NCBI GenBank assembly: GCA_002796125.1
Contig: PCWA01000092.1
Coordinates: 1 to 60,038 of the forward strand
Direction: 5' to 3'
Source of the DNA: Candidatus Ghiorseimicrobium undicola
GTDB lineage: Bacteria; Omnitrophota; Gorgyraeia; Ghiorseimicrobiales; Ghiorseimicrobiaceae
Length of the DNA: 60,038 nt
The notes beneath the pieces were generated by a model that worked only from the letters and a program-made list of their open reading frames with translations, was not told the DNA's origin and did no database searches. The translations under genes were made by a program, and so were the position numbers. This document shows, one piece after another, positions 41,141 to 49,198 of this stretch (its first letter is position 1; each line of letters opens with the position of its first letter).

Positions 41141-41770
41141 ATGCAAGGGAATAAAATGTCAGAATCTGTATGTTTACCCCGTACGAAGCTAACAGCCGCA
41201 ACTGGCGCGATCTTCGTACGGGGTTTATTTTGCAGGTTTCTGAACTTGTTGGTCCGCAAAAGGCATAAGCGTAATTTTCTAGCAAGCCATGCCCCGTACG
41301 AAGCTAACAGCCATAATCGGCGTAATCTTCGTACGGGGTTTAGCCCGCATGAAGCCAGCAACCTTAACTGGCACGATCTTCATACGGGCTTTACTTTAAT
41401 AGAATTAGTAATCGTCGTAATAATTCTGGCGATATTGGCATCTATGGCTGTGCCCGGTTTTATCAAATCAAAAGAACAGGCATTGGCAAATTCGGCTATT
41501 GTCTGTCTTCGGTTGATACGCGCCGCGGAATTGGCATACTTGAGCGAAACAACCACATTTTATCCGGCAGGAGGTAGTGAGGGCGACATTGCCGTTATTA
41601 ATACCAATCTCAGGCTGGATTTAAACGAGAATGATTGGGATTATACCGTTACAGGCGGGGCCGGCTTCTTTCAAGCTGATGCTGTCAGAATAGACGGCCC
41701 TTTTACGGGGTGTACGTATTTTATAGACGAGACTGCCGCGGATCCGGCTGATAACGGATTATGCCCTTAA
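41141..41770 (+). CDS. Type IV pilin with an abnormally long, repeat-derived leader
   Basis: G/FTLIELVIVVIILAILASMAVP with Phe at 41390; the leader contains three palindromic repeats. Confidence 0.85.
   Translation: MQGNKMSESVCLPRTKLTAATGAIFVRGLFCRFLNLLVRKRHKRNFLASHAPYEANSHNRRNLRTGFSPHEASNLNWHDLHTGFTLIELVIVVIILAILASMAVPGFIKSKEQALANSAIVCLRLIRAAELAYLSETTTFYPAGGSEGDIAVINTNLRLDLNENDWDYTVTGGAGFFQADAVRIDGPFTGCTYFIDETAADPADNGLCP
41176..41389. repeat. Three copies of a 47-49-bp palindromic element CCCGTACGAAG...CTTCGTACGGG
   Basis: 41176-41224, 41291-41339 and 41343-41389 (diverged). Confidence 0.9.
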
Positions 41771-41803
41771 TTTAGCCTGAAACTGTATTTTTAGGCTACA
41801 GCC

Positions 41804-42205
41804 ATGAAAAAAAATAGAAATAAAGGCTTTACGTTAATCGAGATAATAATCGCAAGCATAATTATGGCGCTTACCATAGGCGGGGTATTTGCGGTTTTTT
41901 CTTCGGGGAGTAAATATGTTTTTCGCGCCTCGCGGCGCCTTTCGGCGATCAACCTCGCTCAGAGGGAAATGGAAAATCTCAGAGAGCATGTCAGGTCTGA
42001 TACATGGGATAATTTCGCCAATCAACTTACGGTTTTAGGATGGTCTGTTTGGCAGAATTTTCCTGCCGGCACTACAAATTTACCCAACGCGCAATTCAGA
42101 TTTACGGTAGTCCCGGACAATTTTGGCGCCAGCCCGACTGCCCTTCCGGCCGGTGAGCAATGCCGCGCCGTATATATGCAGGTGCAGTGGGATGAAGTGC
42201 AGTGA
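41804..42205 (+). CDS. Minor pilin (PilV-like)
   Basis: KG/FTLIEIIIA and AINLAQREME. Confidence 0.85.
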   Translation: MKKNRNKGFTLIEIIIASIIMALTIGGVFAVFSSGSKYVFRASRRLSAINLAQREMENLREHVRSDTWDNFANQLTVLGWSVWQNFPAGTTNLPNAQFRFTVVPDNFGASPTALPAGEQCRAVYMQVQWDEVQ

Positions 42206-42792
42206 TGCGAAAATATAAAATTTCCGTTACCTTGATAGAGTTGATGATAGCTGTAGTGCTTTTGAGTGTAATATTGCTGGTAGGGGCGACTATAGATATC
42301 GCCGCGCGCAAATTCTATAATCTTACTGATCGCCAGGCGGGATTACAGAATGAGATTAACCCGGTAATTCTTCGCATAAAAAGGGATGTTAACCGCGCAA
42401 GCGGCCGCGTGGGCGATCAGGGCATAACAGTCCAGTCAGGCAACAGCCGTTTCAGGGTCAGGGTGGATAATAACAATACACCAAGCGATACATCGGATGA
42501 TCAGTGGGTTTCTTATGGTTTAGTCGGAAATGAGGTGTTGTTTTTAGGCCCGCACTCGCCTCCTGCCTGGCCTACAGCTGCGACCGCGGAAGTAATCGCC
42601 GATAGAGTAACGGCATTTGTTCCGACCGCGATAGTAAGTGCTTTGGCCGCTGTTAATAGAGGCGTTGATATAAATATCACCGCCTGTTTTAATCCTGCCG
42701 CGGCCGCCCCCAGCCCATTATGCGGAAGCCGGGAAAACCCGAATCTCAGCGTAACTACCCGCGCTTATTCCCTTTCTTTATCGGCAAATTAA
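42202..42792 (+). CDS. Minor pilin (PilW/GspJ-like)
   Basis: S/VTLIELMIAV and RIKRDVNRA. Confidence 0.8.
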   Translation: MMRKYKISVTLIELMIAVVLLSVILLVGATIDIAARKFYNLTDRQAGLQNEINPVILRIKRDVNRASGRVGDQGITVQSGNSRFRVRVDNNNTPSDTSDDQWVSYGLVGNEVLFLGPHSPPAWPTAATAEVIADRVTAFVPTAIVSALAAVNRGVDINITACFNPAAAAPSPLCGSRENPNLSVTTRAYSLSLSAN

Positions 42793-42805
42793 CCTTAAAA
42801 TTCCA

Positions 42806-42834
42806 TTGCAAATTCATTTTTGTTATGATAGATT
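42806..42834 (+). promoter_or_regulatory. Probable promoter of the tRNA locus
   Basis: TTGCAA-17-TAGATT with an extended TG. Confidence 0.45.
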
Positions 42835-42858
42835 AGGTTCTGTTCTGAGAAAAATTAT

Positions 42859-43103
42859 GGGGTTGCGCAGCCCCGACGTTCACAAAAGACGTGAAGTCGG
42901 GGTCCCGGCCGAGCGAGAAGCGAGCGTCGGGATTGGGAGAGTAGCAGCGTTAGTTAGGAAGTAAGAATTATTGGGGCTGTAGCTTCCGCCAGTGACAAAG
43001 TCACTGGCGAGATCTCGCCCGTCAAAATTTTCTAATTTTGACGAGGTGGGCATTTGGCTTCGGTAAGCCGAATGATTTCGGTTGCCTAGGAGGGGGTTGA
43101 CTC
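42859..43103 (+). pseudogene. Two degenerate tRNA-Ala-like 5' remnants interrupted by palindromic insertions
   Basis: GGGGTTGCGCAG [hairpins 42871-42932] TTGGGAGAG; and GGGGCTGTAGCT (42973-84) [hairpins] CATTTGG...GGGGTTGACTC. Confidence 0.45.
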
Positions 43104-43128
43104 TATAAAATATATAAGGAATGATATT

Positions 43129-43166
43129 GGGGCTGTAGCTCAGTTGGGAGAGCACCTCGTTCGCAA
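43129..43166 (+). tRNA. 5' half of tRNA-Ala(CGC), truncated after the anticodon loop (att junction)
   Basis: GGGGCTG-TA-GCTC-AGTTGGGA-GAGC-A-CCTCG-TT-CGC-AA; the expected CGAGG strand, T-arm and acceptor 3' end are absent. Confidence 0.85.
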
Positions 43167-43214
43167 AGCGTCCTGAACGTTTTTCATAACTCGTTGAAAT
43201 TGTTGTAATTATAT

Positions 43215-43243
43215 ACTCCGTAAACAACTTACGGAGTTTTTTT
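43215..43243 (+). terminator. Intrinsic terminator just inside the element
   Basis: ACTCCGTAA-ACAAC-TTACGGAGT followed by a T run. Confidence 0.75.
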
Positions 43244-43276
43244 ATTTGTGGCAACTAATGTGAATTTGTGTAATTT

Positions 43277-43305
43277 TGGATGCTGAATGGACACTTTTTG
43301 GACAC
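43277..43305 (+). repeat. Putative tyrosine-integrase arm-binding repeats
   Basis: TGGATGC, TGGACAC and TGGACAC at 11-bp period (43277, 43288, 43299), about 110-140 bp from the split site. Confidence 0.6.
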
Positions 43306-43338
43306 CAGATTTCTTTATTTTTTAATACTTAAAAAGAT

Positions 43339-43869
43339 ATGAGAATTAGGAAATCGCTGTATTTACTTTTAGCCTTATTTTTATCCGCTTATTTCCTTAG
43401 CTCTGCGGCCTTTTCGCAAAATCCCGCCGCTTATCATGCGGAAGTTTATTTTTCCCCTGGCGGCTGCATAGAAAGCCGCATAATTAAGGCAATAGATAAT
43501 GCGCGCGTATCAATTGACTTGGCGATATACTCTTTTACATCTAAAGAAATTAAATCGTCGCTTGAATTGGCACATAGGAGAGGAGTAGAGATAAGGATTA
43601 TAGCAGATTCAAAACAGGCAGAAGGCAAATACTCTGTTATCCGGCCGCTTTATGATGCTGGGTTTAGGGTTAAAATAATTCACGGCAAAGGCAGTGGTAT
43701 AATGCATAATAAGTTTGCTCTATTTGATAGAAATCTTCTTTTAACCGGATCATACAACTGGACAAAGAACGCTGAATCTTTTAATTATGAGAACGCGATA
43801 TTCTTATCTGATCCGGAGATAATCAAGCAATACCAGAGCGAATTCGATGATATTTGGTACGCGCATTAA
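43339..43869 (+). CDS. Exported Nuc-like phospholipase D-family endonuclease
   Basis: Signal peptide, FSPGG, IDLAIYSFT, single HNKFALFD (HKD), GSYNWT and NYEN. Confidence 0.88.
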   Translation: MRIRKSLYLLLALFLSAYFLSSAAFSQNPAAYHAEVYFSPGGCIESRIIKAIDNARVSIDLAIYSFTSKEIKSSLELAHRRGVEIRIIADSKQAEGKYSVIRPLYDAGFRVKIIHGKGSGIMHNKFALFDRNLLLTGSYNWTKNAESFNYENAIFLSDPEIIKQYQSEFDDIWYAH

Positions 43870-44739
43870 AAATAATATCCAGTCAGGCGCAGGCTGGCTG
43901 CGGCTCGGCTGGCTTCTTTCGCTATCTTAGCGTGTTACCTAAATTTTTTAAGGAAATTATCCCTTTTACTTCGCTCCCTTGCTATAGTTATTTTTTTCTC
44001 ACGCCGCCTCGCTCTCCGCCCGCCGCATCCACTCACTCGTCGCAAAAACCGCTGCGCAAAACTTTCGCCTTCCGGCTCAAGATTTGCTTCGCTAATAGGC
44101 ACTTTTTAGCGTTCGCCTAAAAAACAGGCGAACCCTAAAACTTTTCTCCTCATCGGAGAAAAGGCGTGCCTCTTTTTTGTTCCTCGTTCGTGCCTGCCTC
44201 TGCATCGCCGCCCGTCAGGCGGCGAAGCAGAGCGCCTGCCTGCCAAAGGGCTTTGCCCTCTGAACTCCCACTGGGGAATTTCAAATTCCCCAGACCCCAA
44301 CGTTTTTTCGTTCTTCGGCTGTGCCCCGCCACAAAGTTGTTTTGTTCTCAAAAACGTATCCAGCTATATCCTCAAATTTATTTTCTTCCGCTTATCTTCC
44401 AAGGATATTTTTGCCCCACGCCTCCCCTCTTTTCGTTTTCTTTTCGCCAATAATGCCTAAAGTTTGACTTTTATCAAGAAAATTATTTATAAAATTCGCC
44501 TCTATCCCGAACTAATTCGGGATACCAATAAAAATTTTATGGGCTGCCTTAAAATTTTTCTTGTCCCTTTGGGGAGTTCTCAATTTTTTAAATCACCCAT
44601 GAATGTCGCTCGCTTGGCGCTCGTTCCTTTCGGGCTTACCAGTTTTCTTGACAAAAGCCGTGATTTCTGTGGTCTGCCTCAAAAATCACTTCAAATCTTT
44701 AGGCAATTCATATTGTCGAAAAACGAAAGGAGGTTCGCC

Positions 44740-45027
44740 ATGCGCCAAAAAAAGTATTTTAGTCAGGCAAAAGAAAAGAAATTTGAGGAGGGTCTGCTTC
44801 GTGTGGATGCCTGCTTTAGCCGGCATTCTTTACCGCGTAAGTTTCAGTATGAGTTTGCTTCGGAGGATATTTCTTCATCCTTTGGGCGTTCTGGTGTCTG
44901 GGAAGAAAGGCGCCTGTTAAACAAGGTGGCAGTTCTGCTTTCCAAGGGGCTAAGGCCTTTGGCTTCGGAGCCGCTGGAGGCGTTTGTTGAGAGAAATAGC
45001 GAGTTCTTCGCGGAGGAGGTATTTTAG
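44740..45027 (+). CDS. Hypothetical protein (95 aa)
   Basis: ATG 44740 after AAGGAGG; first of a run of abutting small ORFs. Confidence 0.6.
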   Translation: MRQKKYFSQAKEKKFEEGLLRVDACFSRHSLPRKFQYEFASEDISSSFGRSGVWEERRLLNKVAVLLSKGLRPLASEPLEAFVERNSEFFAEEVF

Positions 45028-45291
45028 ATGAGGACAAAACCAATATATCTTTTAATCTTTTTCTACATTGGGTTTTATTTATTTCAGTTAATCCGTATTA
45101 CTCCGGAGATGATTAAGGATTTTTCTAACCTTATACCGTTAGTTTCTGCTTATGGCTTGTTTGCTTGTTTGATTTTTATCTTTGGTTCAGCGGTGTTAAA
45201 GCGGCGTAAATGGAGAGGAGGCAGAAGGAAAATGTTGAAGAAAAAAGCCGTTTCATTCGGCAAGAAGGGAGGTGAAAACAATGTGTATTGA
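45028..45291 (+). CDS. Small two-TM membrane protein
   Basis: Two hydrophobic segments and a basic tail; RBS GGAGG, abuts the previous stop. Confidence 0.55.
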   Translation: MRTKPIYLLIFFYIGFYLFQLIRITPEMIKDFSNLIPLVSAYGLFACLIFIFGSAVLKRRKWRGGRRKMLKKKAVSFGKKGGENNVY

Positions 45292-45511
45292 TCCGGATTT
45301 TGTTATTCGGGTTGAGTTAGAGGATGGCGATCCCCGGGTGTGCGATTATTGTAATGCTTTCTTGGTTGGCGAAGACGGCATTGCGGCGGAGGATTGCTTT
45401 TCTACGGATTACGGCCTCGTGTGCAGGAAGTGTTTGGGTGATATTAAGCCGCTTTCTTCGCACAGGCAGGGTGATTATGTTAAAGAAGAGCGTTGGTATA
45501 AAGGACGTTAA
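45281..45511 (+). CDS. Small zinc-finger protein
   Basis: CDYC...C...CRKC; ATG 45281 after GGAGG. Confidence 0.6.
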   Translation: MCIDPDFVIRVELEDGDPRVCDYCNAFLVGEDGIAAEDCFSTDYGLVCRKCLGDIKPLSSHRQGDYVKEERWYKGR

Positions 45512-45533
45512 TCAAATGAGAGGAGAAATTACC

Positions 45534-45947
45534 ATGAGAATCTTAGCTAATTACGGACACAAGAATAACGGAGATACCTATTCAGTCACCTTTGAGACAG
45601 TCGGAGACGTGCCAAAAGAGCAGGCAGACGCTACAGTTGATGAGCTTTTTCGTATGGCGAAGGCGGCAATTGAGCGTCAGGTTAACCCTCTACCTAAGTC
45701 GCAGGAAGTATCTGCACAGGTAAAAGAGGAAATAGTTGTCCATCAGGCAGATGGCGCTGATTCGCCTTTGCCTCCGGTAGGCAATAAGCCGCAGATTAAA
45801 GAGCCTAATGCCCCAGCCACCAAGAAACAAAAGCGCTTTATCGCGCGCCTTGCCAAAGAAAGAGGCCAGTTCATTGAAGGCCTAAATGACCTTACGATGC
45901 AGCAGGCATCGCAAACCATTGATGAATTAATGGCTGTGCCGGTGTAA
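45534..45947 (+). CDS. Mobile-element hypothetical protein with C-terminal ATxKQ helical motif
   Basis: ATG 45534 after AGGAG; ATKKQKRFIARL...LTMQQASQTIDEL. Confidence 0.65.
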   Translation: MRILANYGHKNNGDTYSVTFETVGDVPKEQADATVDELFRMAKAAIERQVNPLPKSQEVSAQVKEEIVVHQADGADSPLPPVGNKPQIKEPNAPATKKQKRFIARLAKERGQFIEGLNDLTMQQASQTIDELMAVPV

Positions 45948-45980
45948 GGATTTCTTTGCCGGTAGGTTATAACAGGCTGC

Positions 45981-46019
45981 ATAAAGGGCGGGTTCTATTC
46001 GTAGCTCGCCCTTTATTTT
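45981..46019. terminator. Probable bidirectional terminator
   Basis: ATAAAGGGCG...CGCCCTTTAT followed by TTT. Confidence 0.7.
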
Positions 46020-46110
46020 GTCCTAGTCGCATCTTTTACAGAGAATACTGCTTGTAAAAAACTTCTCTTTTGATATACTATAGCTAACCGCCAAATTTGG
46101 AAAATTAAAT

Positions 46111-47094
46111 ATGGAAACTCTCTTTAAAGCCCATAAACAAATAGCCAAGAATTTCGATGAAAATGAAAGCATAGTTCTGCATCTCGGAGATACGCTTGAG
46201 TTTTTAAAAACTCTCCCTTCAGAATCTATATCCTTATCTATCAGCTCCCCGCCATATAATATCGGCAAGGTTTATGAAAAAAAGGTGGAGATTGAGGAGT
46301 ATTTGTCAGCTCAGAAGCCGGTAATAAGCGAACTCGTTAGAACATTAAAAAAAGACGGTAGCATTTGTTGGGAAATTGGCAACTATGTTGATAAAGGAGA
46401 GATTTTTCCTTTAGATATTTACTATTATGATATTTTTAAAGAATATGGGCTAAAGCTAAGAAATAGGATAATTTGGCATTTTGGGCATGGGCTTCACGCG
46501 AGCAAAAGGTTTTCAGGCAGGTATGAAACTATTCTCTGGTTTACCAAAACCGATTCCTATAAGTTTAACCTTGATAATGTAAGAATCCCGTCTAAATATC
46601 CGGGCAAACGGCATTTTAAGGGCAAGCAAAAAGGAAGGCCTTCCTGCAATCCCCTCGGAAAAAACCCCTCTGATATTTGGACTGTGATAGAAGACGATTG
46701 GGACAAGGAAATATGGAATATTCCGAATGTTAAAGCAAATCATCCTGAAAAAACTATTCATCCTTGCCAGTTTCCGATAGAGCTTGTAGAACGTTGTGTT
46801 TTAGCGTTGACGGATCAAAATGACTGGGTGTTTGATTCCTATTGCGGGGTCGGCAGCGCGTTGATTGCGGCCCTAAAGAACGATCGAAGGGCTATAGGCT
46901 GTGATAAAGAAGAGGATTATATCAAGATTACGGAAAAAAGAATAAATGATTATTATTCCGGAGCCTTAAAGACACGGCCTATTGGCAAACCTATCTTTAT
47001 GCCTACAGGTAGAGAGAAAGTTTGCCAAATTCCCAAAGAATGGAAAGAAGGATCAGGAGAAAATGAAGATAGCCGGCGTCTACTCTTTCAATAA
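46111..47094 (+). CDS. Beta-class amino-DNA methyltransferase (probably N4-mC)
   Basis: SSPPYN catalytic motif precedes HPCQFP and DSYCGVGS (SAM-binding). Confidence 0.92.
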   Translation: METLFKAHKQIAKNFDENESIVLHLGDTLEFLKTLPSESISLSISSPPYNIGKVYEKKVEIEEYLSAQKPVISELVRTLKKDGSICWEIGNYVDKGEIFPLDIYYYDIFKEYGLKLRNRIIWHFGHGLHASKRFSGRYETILWFTKTDSYKFNLDNVRIPSKYPGKRHFKGKQKGRPSCNPLGKNPSDIWTVIEDDWDKEIWNIPNVKANHPEKTIHPCQFPIELVERCVLALTDQNDWVFDSYCGVGSALIAALKNDRRAIGCDKEEDYIKITEKRINDYYSGALKTRPIGKPIFMPTGREKVCQIPKEWKEGSGENEDSRRLLFQ

Positions 47095-47629
47095 AGGCAA
47101 GGAAATCATAGAGAAAAATTATCCGGAGCTGCTTTCCGAGATCAAAACGATAATTTCTTCTATTGACGCGGGAAAGTATAAGGTTAAAAAGAGCAAAGAG
47201 AAGACGATGAAGGGCAGGCTGCTTTTTAGCCCGATTGAGTTAAACAACGCTTTCAAAACGAAGTTTAAGAAAAACAAATGGAAGACTATCAGGGTAAAGT
47301 GCGCGTATTCCAGTGAGCACTATTTAGACGGACATAAAAGCAAAGAAACCAAAGGAGCCTTTCGCGAAATGGATTTTGTAAAAGATGGGTTGGGTGTTGA
47401 GTTGCAATTCGGTAAGTATGCCTTTATGGTTTATAACGTCTGCGCTAAGATGACCATATTTAATAAGCTGAAATATATTAAATATGGGGTTGAGGTAGTC
47501 CCGATTAAAGAACTTGCAGAATCTATGTCAACCGGCGTATCCTACTTTGAGCAGTTTGTCTGGGATTTGGAACATAGAGGCGTTTCTGATATTGATATTC
47601 CCGTGCTCATATATGGAATAGGGGTATAA
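47063..47629 (+). CDS. Type II restriction endonuclease, BglII/BstYI family
   Basis: REMDFVKDGLGVELQFGK (D...ExQ active site typical of BglII); overlaps the MTase; ATG 47063 after AGGAG. Confidence 0.82.
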   Translation: MKIAGVYSFNKGKEIIEKNYPELLSEIKTIISSIDAGKYKVKKSKEKTMKGRLLFSPIELNNAFKTKFKKNKWKTIRVKCAYSSEHYLDGHKSKETKGAFREMDFVKDGLGVELQFGKYAFMVYNVCAKMTIFNKLKYIKYGVEVVPIKELAESMSTGVSYFEQFVWDLEHRGVSDIDIPVLIYGIGV

Positions 47630-47731
47630 TCTAAAATGTAGCGAGATGGTATTGCCAATTGTATTTAGTCGCTTCAAAGGGATATATGGGCGTTGGTTTA
47701 TTCTAACGCCTTTTTTGTTCAACTGATCCAA

Positions 47732-48619
47732 ATGAAGATTTATCTTAAAAGCCGTTACGTTGTATCGGGAGAGCTTGAATCAAGAATAGCGCAAGAATTA
47801 CAGTTTAGAATACCTATGCAGAATAATGGTGAGGCTATTGTTAAGATATCCCTTGATGGCAAGCAAATTGAATCTTTCTGCGAGGCCGAAATCTCCAATG
47901 ATTTATATAATATTCTAAAGACAGGAATAAAAGAGGTTGATGGCTTATCGAATAGTTTGCAGGTTGAGCTTGCAGGATTAAGATGCCCCTTTAAAGCAGC
48001 TCAAAAAGTATTTTCTCTCATTAAATATTGTTTTAATAATATTAAGTTAGATGAAGGTCTACTAGGTAATAAGGGTAATTATTGGTCCGAAGATAAATTG
48101 GATTGGAAGTATTTACCAGGAAAAATTATATTTAAATTTGATGCTTACTCAACAAGACCTTTAACAGAAGATAATGCTAGGGCTATTCAGGACTATATCG
48201 ATAGTAATTTTGAGCCATTTTTAGCATTTCGGCATTTACACAGAGCGATACGCGAACGGAGCCCCAGATATAAATGGATTGATGCTACTATAGCCGCCGA
48301 ATTAGCTATCAAAGAGTTTTTTATTAGATTAAATAAGGATATTGAACCGTGGGTCTTAGAAGTTCCTTCGCCGCCCTTAGATAAATTATATGGTAAAATC
48401 CTAGAATTTTATACGGGAGAGCGCTCTCCGAAAGTAAACGCTATTCGTGAAGGAGCGAAAATCAGAAATGAGCTTTTACATAAGCCGCAGGATAATAAGA
48501 TCGAATATCAGCGTGCTGTTGAATATGTTAAAGACGTTGAAATAGCTATTTGGCATCTAATAAAATTACTGTATAAAGATAATCGTTTTATCGAAAATAG
48601 TTATATACGCCGTATTTAA
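47732..48619 (+). CDS. Hypothetical protein with C-terminal HEPN-like RxxxxH motif (candidate defence RNase)
   Basis: Helical C-terminal domain with IRNELLH; directly downstream of the R-M pair. Confidence 0.55.
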   Translation: MKIYLKSRYVVSGELESRIAQELQFRIPMQNNGEAIVKISLDGKQIESFCEAEISNDLYNILKTGIKEVDGLSNSLQVELAGLRCPFKAAQKVFSLIKYCFNNIKLDEGLLGNKGNYWSEDKLDWKYLPGKIIFKFDAYSTRPLTEDNARAIQDYIDSNFEPFLAFRHLHRAIRERSPRYKWIDATIAAELAIKEFFIRLNKDIEPWVLEVPSPPLDKLYGKILEFYTGERSPKVNAIREGAKIRNELLHKPQDNKIEYQRAVEYVKDVEIAIWHLIKLLYKDNRFIENSYIRRI

Positions 48620-48777
48620 AAGAGGCGCGAGATGAAGCGGTAAAAAGGTTGCGTATAAGGTAATACAAAAGTAATGCAAAGGTAATGAAAGTAACGTAAA
48701 AATAATGCGATCTTTTAGAAGATAATATCCCGGTTTTAAGTTTGGCGGGTAGTGGAGATTTAATGCTAAGAAGATAG

Positions 48778-48938
48778 AGGAGTGAGAAAGAAGCAAAAGC
48801 AAGAATAAAAATTAATAAAAAACTTGAGGAATCAAGCTGGTGTTTTGAGGCTGACAAGAACGGCTTGGCCAATATCGGGCTTGAGGCTGGTGTGAAATTC
48901 ACCGAATTAGGCAATGATTTTGAAAATGCGATGATATA
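48778..48938 (+). pseudogene. N-terminal fragment of a type I restriction subunit HsdR (EcoEI/EcoAI-like)
   Basis: SEKEAKARIKINKKLEESSWCF...ANIGLEAGVK..LGNDFE, no start codon and an early stop; recognised from memory. Confidence 0.55.
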
Positions 48939-49018
48939 GAAAATAAGCTTGAGGCAAATAAGGGTACATTGTGGTAGTTTTTGGTTAATGTACGAATATT
49001 GCACGTTTAGATACTATA

Positions 49019-49198
49019 ATGAAAACAAAGAAACCGCCGCTGGAGATAGAAATCGAATATAAGCCCATGAGCGAAAAGGACTACGATATATTTATCAAGA
49101 TTCTTACTAAAATGTTTAGTAAATATATGGCAGAAAGAAAGACAAAAATAGAGAGTAATGATAAACCTGTAGATTATGTTAATCCGTTGCACTGTTAA
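49019..49198 (+). CDS. 59-aa hypothetical protein (not in the ORF track)
   Basis: MKTKKPPLEIEIEYKPMSEKDYDIFIKILTKMF...; overlaps the start of the next gene. Confidence 0.4.
   Translation: MKTKKPPLEIEIEYKPMSEKDYDIFIKILTKMFSKYMAERKTKIESNDKPVDYVNPLHC

Noticed and set aside
41176-41389. Possible mini-CRISPR in the pilin leader
   Set aside because: Units are 47-49-bp self-contained palindromes separated by 66 and 3 bp; this is not a repeat-spacer pattern.
42973-43103. tmRNA (starts GGGGCTG)
   Set aside because: Too short; no tag reading frame or T-arm/CCA end recognisable; the start matches the adjacent tRNA-Ala instead.
42880-43254. 124-aa minus-strand ORF
   Set aside because: It is the antisense reading of tRNA remnants and palindromes.
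43167-43330. Group I intron in the tRNA anticodon loop
   Set aside because: No P7-type core or 3' exon is seen; a terminator, arm-type repeats and mobile-element genes follow instead.
43854-44739. Overlapping ORFs at 43854, 44106, 44150, 44166 and the upstream part of 44464
   Set aside because: No RBS or recognisable motifs; composition reflects a skewed non-coding region.
47063-47629. Assigning AGATCT specificity to the endonuclease
   Set aside because: The family motif alone cannot fix the target (BglII versus BstYI-like); methylome data are needed.
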